Source: Candidatus Deferrimicrobiaceae bacterium (GTDB lineage Bacteria; Desulfobacterota; Deferrimicrobia; Deferrimicrobiales; Deferrimicrobiaceae). From it: a DNA stretch of 64,000 bases. Below the pieces are notes generated by a model, which was not told the origin of the DNA, made no database searches, and saw nothing but the letters and a program-made list of their open reading frames with translations. Position 1 is the first letter of the stretch, and every line of letters begins with the position of its first letter. Shown here in pieces: positions 30,989 through 39,777 of the stretch. The stretch is taken from the NCBI GenBank assembly GCA_963792415.1, contig CAWBVY010000004.1, positions 416,001 to 480,000 of the forward strand, given 5' to 3'. A program made the translations under genes and the position numbers.

Positions 30989-31032
30989 TTTACCTCAACG
31001 TCAATGTTAACCATCGGCCCACCGGGTGTCAA
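30989..31032 (-). promoter_or_regulatory. merR promoter and autoregulatory LiuR-like box
   Basis: Minus-strand TTGACA (31032-27), 17-bp spacer, TAACAT (31009-04). TTTACCTCAACGTCAA at 30989-31004. Confidence 0.65.
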
Positions 31033-31055
31033 GGTCTTCTGATACACTTGGTGGC

Positions 31056-32480
<1,425 letters not shown>

Positions 32481-32487
32481 CACGCAA

Positions 32488-32628
32488 TGTTGCATCGAGT
32501 GAAACAAAACGTGCGCAATCCCGTGATCCTGCATCGGTATGCCTTTTCGGTCGCTGGATGATTCAGCTGCCCGTTCGTTAACTTATGGGTTTGCCGTTTC
32601 ATTTTCTGTGGTTGGCACCACAAATGCA
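32488..32628 (+). promoter_or_regulatory. candidate UAS and sigma54 promoter
   Basis: TGTTGCA-N5-TGAAACA (32488-32506). TTGGCACCACAAATGCA with GG 32614-15 and GC 32626-27. Confidence 0.75.
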
Positions 32629-32692
32629 GTTGTCTACCGCAACGGAAGACTTCCGGGAACATCCAACCGGGGGTGGAAATGGAGGGGTTGCG

Positions 32693-32884
32693 ATGAACGT
32701 CGAACGGTGGATCCGGGTGATCGCGGGGACCTTCGTGCTGGTGAGCCTCGGGTTGGGATGGTACGTTTCTCCCTGGTTCCTGCTGTTCACCGCCTTCGTG
32801 GGGCTCAACCTGTTCCAGTCCGGGTGGACGAACTGGTGCCTGATGGAAAAGATCCTGATCAAATTGGGCGTGCCCGAGAGATAG
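32693..32884 (+). CDS. DUF2892 (YgaP-like membrane domain) protein
   Basis: MNVERWIRVIAG...FVGLNLFQSGWTNWCLM..IL.KLG. Confidence 0.88.
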   Translation: MNVERWIRVIAGTFVLVSLGLGWYVSPWFLLFTAFVGLNLFQSGWTNWCLMEKILIKLGVPER

Positions 32885-32895
32885 GGGGAAGACCG

Positions 32896-33102
32896 ATGCC
32901 GCTCTACGAGTATCTGTGCGAAAAGTGCGGTCAGCAGTACGAGTCGTACAAGCGGATGACCGAAGAGAAGAAAGAGGAAACGTGCCCCGCGTGCGGCGGC
33001 CGCGCGGTGAAGATGGGGATCTCCCTGTTCACCGCGAAGGGGACCTCGCCCACGGGAGGCTCCTCCTGCGGGATCGGGCCGCGCCGTTCTCCGTTCGGGT
33101 GA
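32896..33102 (+). CDS. FmdB-family zinc-ribbon protein
   Basis: MPLYEYLCEKCG...CPACGG. Confidence 0.88.
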   Translation: MPLYEYLCEKCGQQYESYKRMTEEKKEETCPACGGRAVKMGISLFTAKGTSPTGGSSCGIGPRRSPFG

Positions 33103-33287
33103 GCGTGATCACCGGCCCGGCGGTCGCCGGGCCAGCCGTGAGGAGTGACGAAAATGGGTGAATGGATACCGTTGATCCTGTTTGCCGCCGTAATCGTCTT
33201 GTTTCGACTGCTGGGCGGTTCGGGGGGCGGTTGAGGCCCCCGGTGCTGACCGCCGGCCGTGCGCCGGCGACAGGAGGAGAGAAAGAG

Positions 33288-33365
33288 ATGTTCATCACGG
33301 TGCGTACGCGGAAATCGCTGGGGGAGGTACGTCAACGGTTCGAGGGGGCCGCGGCGCCGCTGTGA
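33288..33365 (+). pseudogene. probable internally deleted DUF302-like gene remnant
   Basis: Strong AGGAGG RBS, then only 25 codons (MFITVRTRKSLGEVRQRFEGAAAPL*) resembling DUF302 N-termini. Confidence 0.4.
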
Positions 33366-33393
33366 CGGGGGGCCGGGCACGGGAGGAACGTTG

Positions 33394-33621
33394 ATGGAGT
33401 GCGGCATCGCGTTGCTGGCAGGGAACTGGTGGGCCGGGCTGCTGACCTGGGTCGCGTTCGCCGTCGTCGTCACGGCGGCGGTCACCTTCGCCGCGGCGCG
33501 TCGTCATCCGGGGGCCGGATCCCCTCCGGCTCTTTCCTTCGATGAAATCCGGCGCCTGTCGGACCGGCTCGAGGAACTCTCCCGGCGTCTCGATTCGATG
33601 GAGCGTCCCCCTCGCGATTGA
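33394..33621 (+). CDS. small membrane hypothetical protein
   Basis: GGAGG RBS, one TM helix, short C-terminal coiled coil. Confidence 0.55.
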   Translation: MECGIALLAGNWWAGLLTWVAFAVVVTAAVTFAAARRHPGAGSPPALSFDEIRRLSDRLEELSRRLDSMERPPRD

Positions 33622-33653
33622 GCCCCCGGGGCTCTCCCGTTTTCGTTGCCCCG

Positions 33654-34214
33654 CTACCGCACGATGTTCAGGTTCGGCTTGATCAGCTCCAGGAACTCCA
33701 TCCGCGTCGATTCCCGGGTGCGGAACACCCCCAGCATCGCCGAGGTGACCGCCTTGGCGTTCTGCTTCTCCACGCCGCGCATCATCATGCACAGGTGAAA
33801 CGCCTCGACGACCACCGCCACGCCGTGCGGATGGAGCGTGTCCATGAGCGCGGTCGCGATCTCCTGGGTCAGCCGCTCCTGCACCTGCAGGCGTCGGGCG
33901 TAGAGCTCCACGACCCGGGCGATCTTCGACAGCCCGACGATGTGCTTTCGCGGCATGTACGCCACGTGGCACTTCCCGAAGAACGGGAGCATGTGGTGCT
34001 CGCACATCGAAAAGACGTCGATGTCCTTGATCGTCACCATCTCGTCGTACTGCTCGTGGAAAATGGCGCTCCTCAGAACCTCCCGCGGGTCCTGCTGGTA
34101 CCCTTGCGTCAGGAAGGTGATCGACTTCTCGAACCGCTCCGGGGTTTTTTTGAGCCCCTCGCGGTCGGGGTCCTCGCCGATCTTGATCAGTAGGTCGCGG
34201 ATGATATCCTGCAT
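33654..34214 (-). CDS. folE: GTP cyclohydrolase I
   Basis: [45 protein letters not shown]. Confidence 0.97.
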   Translation of the reverse strand: MQDIIRDLLIKIGEDPDREGLKKTPERFEKSITFLTQGYQQDPREVLRSAIFHEQYDEMVTIKDIDVFSMCEHHMLPFFGKCHVAYMPRKHIVGLSKIARVVELYARRLQVQERLTQEIATALMDTLHPHGVAVVVEAFHLCMMMRGVEKQNAKAVTSAMLGVFRTRESTRMEFLELIKPNLNIVR

Positions 34215-34252
34215 AATGAAATCATCTTAATGCAGGAGGAGGATCCCCCCAA

Positions 34253-34786
34253 ATGAAAAAGGGTCCGTCGCGGGCGAAGGAGAGCGCCGTTTTGAAGGGT
34301 CTGAAGCAGGCGCTGCGGAACGAGATCGACGGCGCGGAATTCTACCGGATGGCGGCGGGAAGCGCCCGACGGGACTCGGTCCGCCAGATGTTCCAGTTCC
34401 TGATGGAGGAGGAGGAACGCCACCGCGCGGCGATCGTGAACCAGATGCAGAGGTTGTCCGAGGGAAAGGGGATGAAATTCGAGCGGAGCGCGTCGGCGAA
34501 GAGGTCGCTCGCGAAGTTCAAAAGCCCCCTGTTCACCGACGACCTCGTGAAGGAGGGACGGCAGGTCGAGGGGGAGGTGGCGGCCCTGTCCATCGGGATG
34601 ACGCTGGAGAAACGGGCGATCGCCCAGTTCGCCGCCCTGCTGAAAACGGTCGCCGGCGACTCCCGGGCGGAAAAGGTCTTCTCCGACCTCGTCGCCTGGG
34701 AGCAGGACCATCTGGAGGTCCTGACGCGGCAATACGACCAGATGCGGGAGATGTACTGGGAAGAGGCGCGCTTTTGGCCGTTCTAG
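34253..34786 (+). CDS. rubrerythrin/ferritin-like diiron protein
   Basis: E..G..FY, EEERH, E...FA, WEQDH, C-terminal FWPF. Confidence 0.85.
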   Translation: MKKGPSRAKESAVLKGLKQALRNEIDGAEFYRMAAGSARRDSVRQMFQFLMEEEERHRAAIVNQMQRLSEGKGMKFERSASAKRSLAKFKSPLFTDDLVKEGRQVEGEVAALSIGMTLEKRAIAQFAALLKTVAGDSRAEKVFSDLVAWEQDHLEVLTRQYDQMREMYWEEARFWPF

Positions 34787-34807
34787 GAGCGGGCGGTCGG
34801 TCCCCCC

Positions 34808-35317
34808 ATGCGTAGTTCCTCCCGGAGTGCGCGGAGTCCGGGGGTCGCGGAACCCCCGAGGGAGGCGTGGATGCGCGCCGCGCTCCGGGAAGCGGAAAGG
34901 GGAGCCGCCGCCGGCGAGATCCCGGTGGGCGCGGTCGTGATCTCTCCGGAAGGGGAGATCCTCGCGCGGGCGCACAACCGGTGCGTCACATCGAACGACC
35001 CCACCGCCCACGCCGAGATCCTCGCCTTGCGCGCTGCGGCGCGCAGGACCGGCAACTACCGGCTGACCGGCTGCCGCCTCGTCGTGACGCTCGAGCCGTG
35101 CCCGATGTGCGCCGGCGCCGCGGTCGTCGCGCGGGTGGCGGAGATCCTCTACGGTACGCCCGACCCGAAGGGGGGCGCCGTCTCCACCCTCTACCGCATC
35201 GCTTCCGATCCGCGCCTCAACCACCGCGCCGCCGTCACGTCCGGCGTCCTCGCGGAGGAGTGCGCCGCCCTCCTCACGTCCTTCTTCCGCTCGCGCCGCC
35301 CTGCTCCATCCCGATAA
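34808..35317 (+). CDS. tadA: tRNA adenosine(34) deaminase
   Basis: EIPVGAV, DPTAHAE, TLEPCPMC, DPKGGA, LNHR, FFR. Confidence 0.93.
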   Translation: MRSSSRSARSPGVAEPPREAWMRAALREAERGAAAGEIPVGAVVISPEGEILARAHNRCVTSNDPTAHAEILALRAAARRTGNYRLTGCRLVVTLEPCPMCAGAAVVARVAEILYGTPDPKGGAVSTLYRIASDPRLNHRAAVTSGVLAEECAALLTSFFRSRRPAPSR

Positions 35318-35325
35318 CCACGGGG

Positions 35326-36777
35326 TCAGAACAGCGGGGAGAAGATCCGGCAGGTGTCCTCCAGCAGCTGCAGGGAACGCGGCCGGCGCGCGAACCGGAC
35401 GGGATCGACCCTCTCCGAGCGCTCGAGGTCCTTCAGGAACCCGTTCGCCAGCGCCTCGACCTGCGGGCGGCCGTAGAGGAACACCCCGAGCTCGAAATTC
35501 AGGAAGAAGCTCCTCATGTCGACGTTGGGGGATCCGATCACCCCGACGTCGTCGTCCACCACGAGTACCTTGGAGTGCAGGTTCGTCGGGCGGTAGAGAT
35601 ACATCCGGACGCCGGACGCCATCATTTCGTCGAAATACGACCTTCCGGCCAGCGACACGATCCGCAGGTCGGACGTCTCCGGGACGATCAGGCGGACGTC
35701 CACCCCCCGCAAGGCGGCGTTCCGAAGGGCCGCGCCGATGCCGTCGTCGGGGACGAAATACGGGGTTTCGATCCAGAGTCGATACCGGGCCGCCGTGAAG
35801 GCCGCGAAGACCCCTTCGTAGATGGGCCGCGTTTTCCTGTCCGGCCCCGAGGCGGCGATCTGGAGGGCGCACGGGGCGGGGGCGCCTCCCGCATATCCGG
35901 AAAGGGGGGGAAACAGGTCTCCCGCGGGGAGCGTCTCCTCCGTCGCGAATGCCCAATCGTCGAGGAACAGCGACTGCAAATCGCGCAGGGCGGGGCCCTC
36001 GATCTCCGCGGCGACGTCCCGCCACTGTTCCTTCGATATTCTCGGGCCCATGTACTTCTTCCCGATGTTCATTCCCCCCGTGAACGCTTTTTGTCCGTCC
36101 GCGATCAGGAGTTTCCGATGGTTCCGCAGGTGGGCGGACCACCGTCGGTGGAGGGGGAACGCCGGCATGAAGGCCGCCACCTCCCCGCCCGCCTCCCGCA
36201 GTGGCCGCACGGTTCTTCGCAGCGCGCGCCACGACCCCACGGCATCGAGCAGCAGCCGAACGTGGATCCCTTCGCGCGCCCGCGCGGCGAGCGCCTGGAT
36301 GAACCGTCGCCCGACGGGGTCGACGTCGAGGATGAAGAACTGCGCGTGCAGGTGGTCGCGTGCGGATCCGATCAGGGAGAGGACGGCATCGTACGCGTCG
36401 TCCCCGCCGCGAAGGAAGGTGACGCGGTTCCCCTCCGTCGGTGGCGGCGCTCCCGCCGCGAGAAGGATCCGGCCGCACCGCTCCCCGATGACGGTGGGGA
36501 TCTCCTCGGGCAGTAGCCGGTGGGACAGGGAAGGAACGACCGACGCGACGGCGGCGATCTTGGCGCGGATGTGCCGGCGGACCCTGCGGACGCCGATCAG
36601 GAAATAGAGGGGGATGCCGATCAGCGGCAGGAGTGCGATGCCGAGCATCCACGCCAGGGTCGCCGAAGGGTGGCGCCGCTCGAGGATGATGCGGGGGATC
36701 AGGAAGAACGCGAAGAGGTACCCGGCGATGTTCAGCGCCAGGATCACGTTCTTCCAGAGGCCCGGAATTGCCGTCAC
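35326..36777 (-). CDS. cls: cardiolipin synthase
   Basis: Two N-terminal TMs, two HKD motifs (RNHRKLLIAD, LHSKVLVVD), TPYFVP. Confidence 0.92.
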   Translation of the reverse strand: MTAIPGLWKNVILALNIAGYLFAFFLIPRIILERRHPSATLAWMLGIALLPLIGIPLYFLIGVRRVRRHIRAKIAAVASVVPSLSHRLLPEEIPTVIGERCGRILLAAGAPPPTEGNRVTFLRGGDDAYDAVLSLIGSARDHLHAQFFILDVDPVGRRFIQALAARAREGIHVRLLLDAVGSWRALRRTVRPLREAGGEVAAFMPAFPLHRRWSAHLRNHRKLLIADGQKAFTGGMNIGKKYMGPRISKEQWRDVAAEIEGPALRDLQSLFLDDWAFATEETLPAGDLFPPLSGYAGGAPAPCALQIAASGPDRKTRPIYEGVFAAFTAARYRLWIETPYFVPDDGIGAALRNAALRGVDVRLIVPETSDLRIVSLAGRSYFDEMMASGVRMYLYRPTNLHSKVLVVDDDVGVIGSPNVDMRSFFLNFELGVFLYGRPQVEALANGFLKDLERSERVDPVRFARRPRSLQLLEDTCRIFSPLF

Positions 36778-36799
36778 CGTCGCATCGCCCCCGCCATGC

Positions 36800-36828
36800 T
36801 TGAAGGAGGACCCTTAGGCCGCTATAAT
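36800..36828 (+). promoter_or_regulatory. tRNA-Ser promoter
   Basis: TTGAAG-N17-TATAAT ending 16 bp upstream of the tRNA. Confidence 0.7.
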
Positions 36829-36844
36829 ACCGCCTTCCCCGCGC

Positions 36845-36937
36845 GGAGGGGTACCGAAGTGGCCGTAACGGGGTCGACTCGAAATCGACTTGGCGGTGCG
36901 AGCCGCCACGTGGGTTCGAATCCCACCCCCTCCGCCA
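36845..36937 (+). tRNA. tRNA-Ser(CGA)
   Basis: 93 nt, GGAGGGG/CCCCTCC acceptor, G73, anticodon arm GTCGA-CTCGAAA-TCGAC, long variable arm, encoded CCA. Confidence 0.97.
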
Positions 36938-37058
36938 TCCTCCTTCGCTCGAAATCGGCAATCTGCAAACGGACGATTTCGAGCTACGGAGGATGGCGCG
37001 CTGCGTAGCTCGAGTGATGACGGTATTTTCGTTGGGAGCTCGAGCGAAGCAGGGCGCC
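36933..37058. repeat. four-arm palindromic element at the tRNA 3' end (second copy; first at 1726-1793)
   Basis: CTTCGCTC / GAGCTACG / CGTAGCTC / GAGCGAAG arms in the same order as after tRNA-Ala. Confidence 0.7.
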
Positions 37059-37097
37059 CCACTCCCGTAAACGGTGGGATTCGAACGCGAGCCCGCG

Positions 37098-38336
37098 TCA
37101 CACGTTGACGAAGTTCGCCTTGATATCCCGGAGTGTGACCAGCATCAGGGTCAGGTATTCCCGGATGTGCCGGGTGAGCAGGAAATTCTCGCGCACGAAC
37201 TCCCGCGCGGTCGCTCCCATCCGATCGATGCTGTCCTGGTGATGAAGAAAGTAACGGATCCGGTGGGCCGCCCCTTCGGGGGTGTTCACGAGAAACCCCG
37301 TGTGATGGTTCACCACCTGGAGGCGGATTCCGCCGACATCCCCCCCGATGACCGGTTTCCCCTTCCACATCCCCTCGGTCACCACCAGCCCGAATCCCTC
37401 CCGGGTCGACTTCTGCAGGATGACCGTCGCCAGCCGCTGAAGCGCGTTGATCGTCCTGTGGGCGTCCGAGGGAAGGAGAAGCACGTGAATGTCCGGGTCG
37501 TTTCCCGCCGCCTCCATCACGTCCTCCAGAACCGCCTTCCCCTCCGGATCGTCGGTGGCCCCCCCGCCGGCAAGCACGAGTTGGACCGGGGAAACCTTGC
37601 GCACCATCCGGTACGCCTCGATCACGCCCACCGGATCCTTGAACCGGTCGAACCGCGAGATCTGGACGAGCAGGGGTCGTGACGGATCCAGCCCGTACTC
37701 GCTTCGAACCGCCTCGATCTCCGCGGGGGACAGGTCCCGGTTCTTCTCGCTGAGGGGATCGATGCTCGGCGGCACCAGGAACTGCGGGTGGGGGAGGGGC
37801 TGCGCGAACTCCGCCATCGAGAAGATGCTGGCGTCGTACCCTTCCACGATGGGCCGGATGCCTTTCCATACGGGGCGGTACGGCCTGCTGATGTCGATGT
37901 GGGCGCGCCAGATCCACTTCCCCTTCCTCCGGTCGCAGAGCCGTAGAAGGTGCGCCGGCTGGGGGTCGTGGATGAAGACGAGGTCCGCCTCCTCGAGGTG
38001 CGGCCGGAGCCGGTCGAGGTTCGCCTCGTTGACATCCTCGTAGACCTTCCAGTCCTTGGAGGAGATCTCCACGCGATGTCCCTGCAGGCCGTTGTGGATG
38101 GCCTTGGTGATCTCGAAAAACCCGGGGTTCCCGTGGAGGATCTCCCACGACGCCGTCACCCCCAGTTCGAGCATCAGCCGGGTCATCCACTCGAGAATCT
38201 CCGCGACTCCGCCGCCCTCGCGGGTGGAGTTCACGTGTACGACCCGGACCCCGGAGAGTTTTTCCCCGAACTGGCGCAGCTGCCGGAGAACCGTCGCCCC
38301 GACGATCCCCTCGTAGGCGGCGAGCGGGGCGGTCAT
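37098..38336 (-). CDS. treT: trehalose glycosyltransferring synthase (GT4)
   Basis: HVNSTREGGGVAE, IHDPQP, WRAHID, PSIDPLSEKN, SRFDRFKD, QKSTREGFGL. Confidence 0.85.
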   Translation of the reverse strand: MTAPLAAYEGIVGATVLRQLRQFGEKLSGVRVVHVNSTREGGGVAEILEWMTRLMLELGVTASWEILHGNPGFFEITKAIHNGLQGHRVEISSKDWKVYEDVNEANLDRLRPHLEEADLVFIHDPQPAHLLRLCDRRKGKWIWRAHIDISRPYRPVWKGIRPIVEGYDASIFSMAEFAQPLPHPQFLVPPSIDPLSEKNRDLSPAEIEAVRSEYGLDPSRPLLVQISRFDRFKDPVGVIEAYRMVRKVSPVQLVLAGGGATDDPEGKAVLEDVMEAAGNDPDIHVLLLPSDAHRTINALQRLATVILQKSTREGFGLVVTEGMWKGKPVIGGDVGGIRLQVVNHHTGFLVNTPEGAAHRIRYFLHHQDSIDRMGATAREFVRENFLLTRHIREYLTLMLVTLRDIKANFVNV

Positions 38337-38992
38337 TTCTGCTCCCCCAGTCCCGACAGCCGGGTCGCCAGTTCCACCCGGAGGTCGGGCAGGGTGTGGA
38401 ACTGGTAATCGATGGATGCCAGCGCCTCGATGTACGGCCGGTTCCTCCCGCCGTCCTCGTTTTCGAGAAGCCACGACGTGAAGTCGTCTTTCCCGATGGT
38501 GGGCCGCCTCCGGGCCTCGAGGAAGTGGAAGTAGATGCTCCCGTTGGTCATTTTCCGGACGGCTTCGGCGAGTTCGGAGGGGTGGGAGAGCCGGACCCCG
38601 GCGGAGAACATCACCGTGGTCGCCTCCATGAAGAAGAACTCGTCCCCCGCGCGTGCCCACGGGATCATCGTCAGCTCTCCGAGCCTTTCGTCGATCACCT
38701 CGACCGTGGCGGCGCGAAGCTCCCCGAGGGAAGGGAACAAGTAAGGGTCCAGGATGCCGAGTCGCTCCGCGAGCACGCGGTCCCCCAGGTACAATTTCGA
38801 CCAGACGGCGAAGTCGTTCCGGTAGTCGGGATTGTCGAAGGTGGCCCGGAGCGTGGTCTCGCAGTAATGATGGAACAGGACGTTGTCGCCGCACGCGGCG
38901 ATCCTCTCCCGGAGCTCCCTCAAGTTGAACGCCGGCGGAAGGCCGCTCATCCGTGTGAGAAGCGCGCAATCCTTCACTTCGAACGGGGTCAT
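38333..38992 (-). CDS. DUF5752-like protein (TreT-associated)
   Basis: Two internally similar halves (..L.EL...FHH..NDFAVW / ..ELA...YFHF..DDFTSW), coupled to treT by ATGA overlap. Confidence 0.8.
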   Translation of the reverse strand: MTPFEVKDCALLTRMSGLPPAFNLRELRERIAACGDNVLFHHYCETTLRATFDNPDYRNDFAVWSKLYLGDRVLAERLGILDPYLFPSLGELRAATVEVIDERLGELTMIPWARAGDEFFFMEATTVMFSAGVRLSHPSELAEAVRKMTNGSIYFHFLEARRRPTIGKDDFTSWLLENEDGGRNRPYIEALASIDYQFHTLPDLRVELATRLSGLGEQK

Positions 38993-39777
38993 GCCGCTCC
39001 TCCCTCGCCTCCCGCCGCGGTCCTTTCCGGAGCGTTCTCCTCGAGTTCCCTGACCGCCGTCGGGAGGTCGGCGGGGCCTTCCACGTGATGTGCGTGGGGA
39101 ACCGTGATCCGGGTCCCCACGACGATCCCGGTGCCGCCTCCCGACAAAACCCACCGGATCGCGACGGCGTCGTTTTCGTCGTCGCCCGCGTACACGATCC
39201 GCTCCCTGGAGGGATCCCGTTCGGTAATCCGGCACAACCGGCGCACCCCGGCGGACTTCCCCCCGCCGAGCACCAGTTGGACTTCCGCGACCTCGTGGCC
39301 CCGGTACAATTTGATACCTGTCCGGTCCCTCAGTCGCTGCAGGAGGGATGTCCTCTTCTGGAACGACCTGGGCGAAGCGTTCCGATGGTGGATCGCCACG
39401 GACCAATGCTTGTCCTCGATCTCCACGCCGGGGATGAGGGCCATCTCTTTCAAAAGGGGGGAAACGGCCTTGCGCTTCTTCTCCAGAAGCGCCTCGGAGG
39501 CGGCGCCCGGCCCGATCCGGTGACCTCCGGGAAACTGCCACTCCAGTCCGCTGGCCCCGCCGATGAATACCCCGGGGACGGGAACCCTCGAGACGACGTC
39601 GTCGAGCGTCCGGCTCGACAGGACCGCGACCCGGTTCCATGGGCTCCGGGCGAGGAACCGGAGCATCCGCTCGCATTCCCGGTGAAGGCGCGCCTCGGTC
39701 CGGTCGGGAACGATGGGGGAAAGGGTCCCGTCGAAGTCGAATACCCAGAGGGACCGGCGGCCCAGGACGTAGTTCAT
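38989..39777 (-). CDS. otsB: trehalose-6-phosphate phosphatase (HAD IIB)
   Basis: FDFDGTLSPI, SSR, EDK, K...YAGDDEND. Confidence 0.85.
   Translation of the reverse strand: MNYVLGRRSLWVFDFDGTLSPIVPDRTEARLHRECERMLRFLARSPWNRVAVLSSRTLDDVVSRVPVPGVFIGGASGLEWQFPGGHRIGPGAASEALLEKKRKAVSPLLKEMALIPGVEIEDKHWSVAIHHRNASPRSFQKRTSLLQRLRDRTGIKLYRGHEVAEVQLVLGGGKSAGVRRLCRITERDPSRERIVYAGDDENDAVAIRWVLSGGGTGIVVGTRITVPHAHHVEGPADLPTAVRELEENAPERTAAGGEGGAA

Noticed and set aside
33363-33394. Possible selenocysteine readthrough of the TGA ending the 25-codon stub
   Set aside because: The downstream ORF is in a different frame, and the context does not look like a Sec motif.
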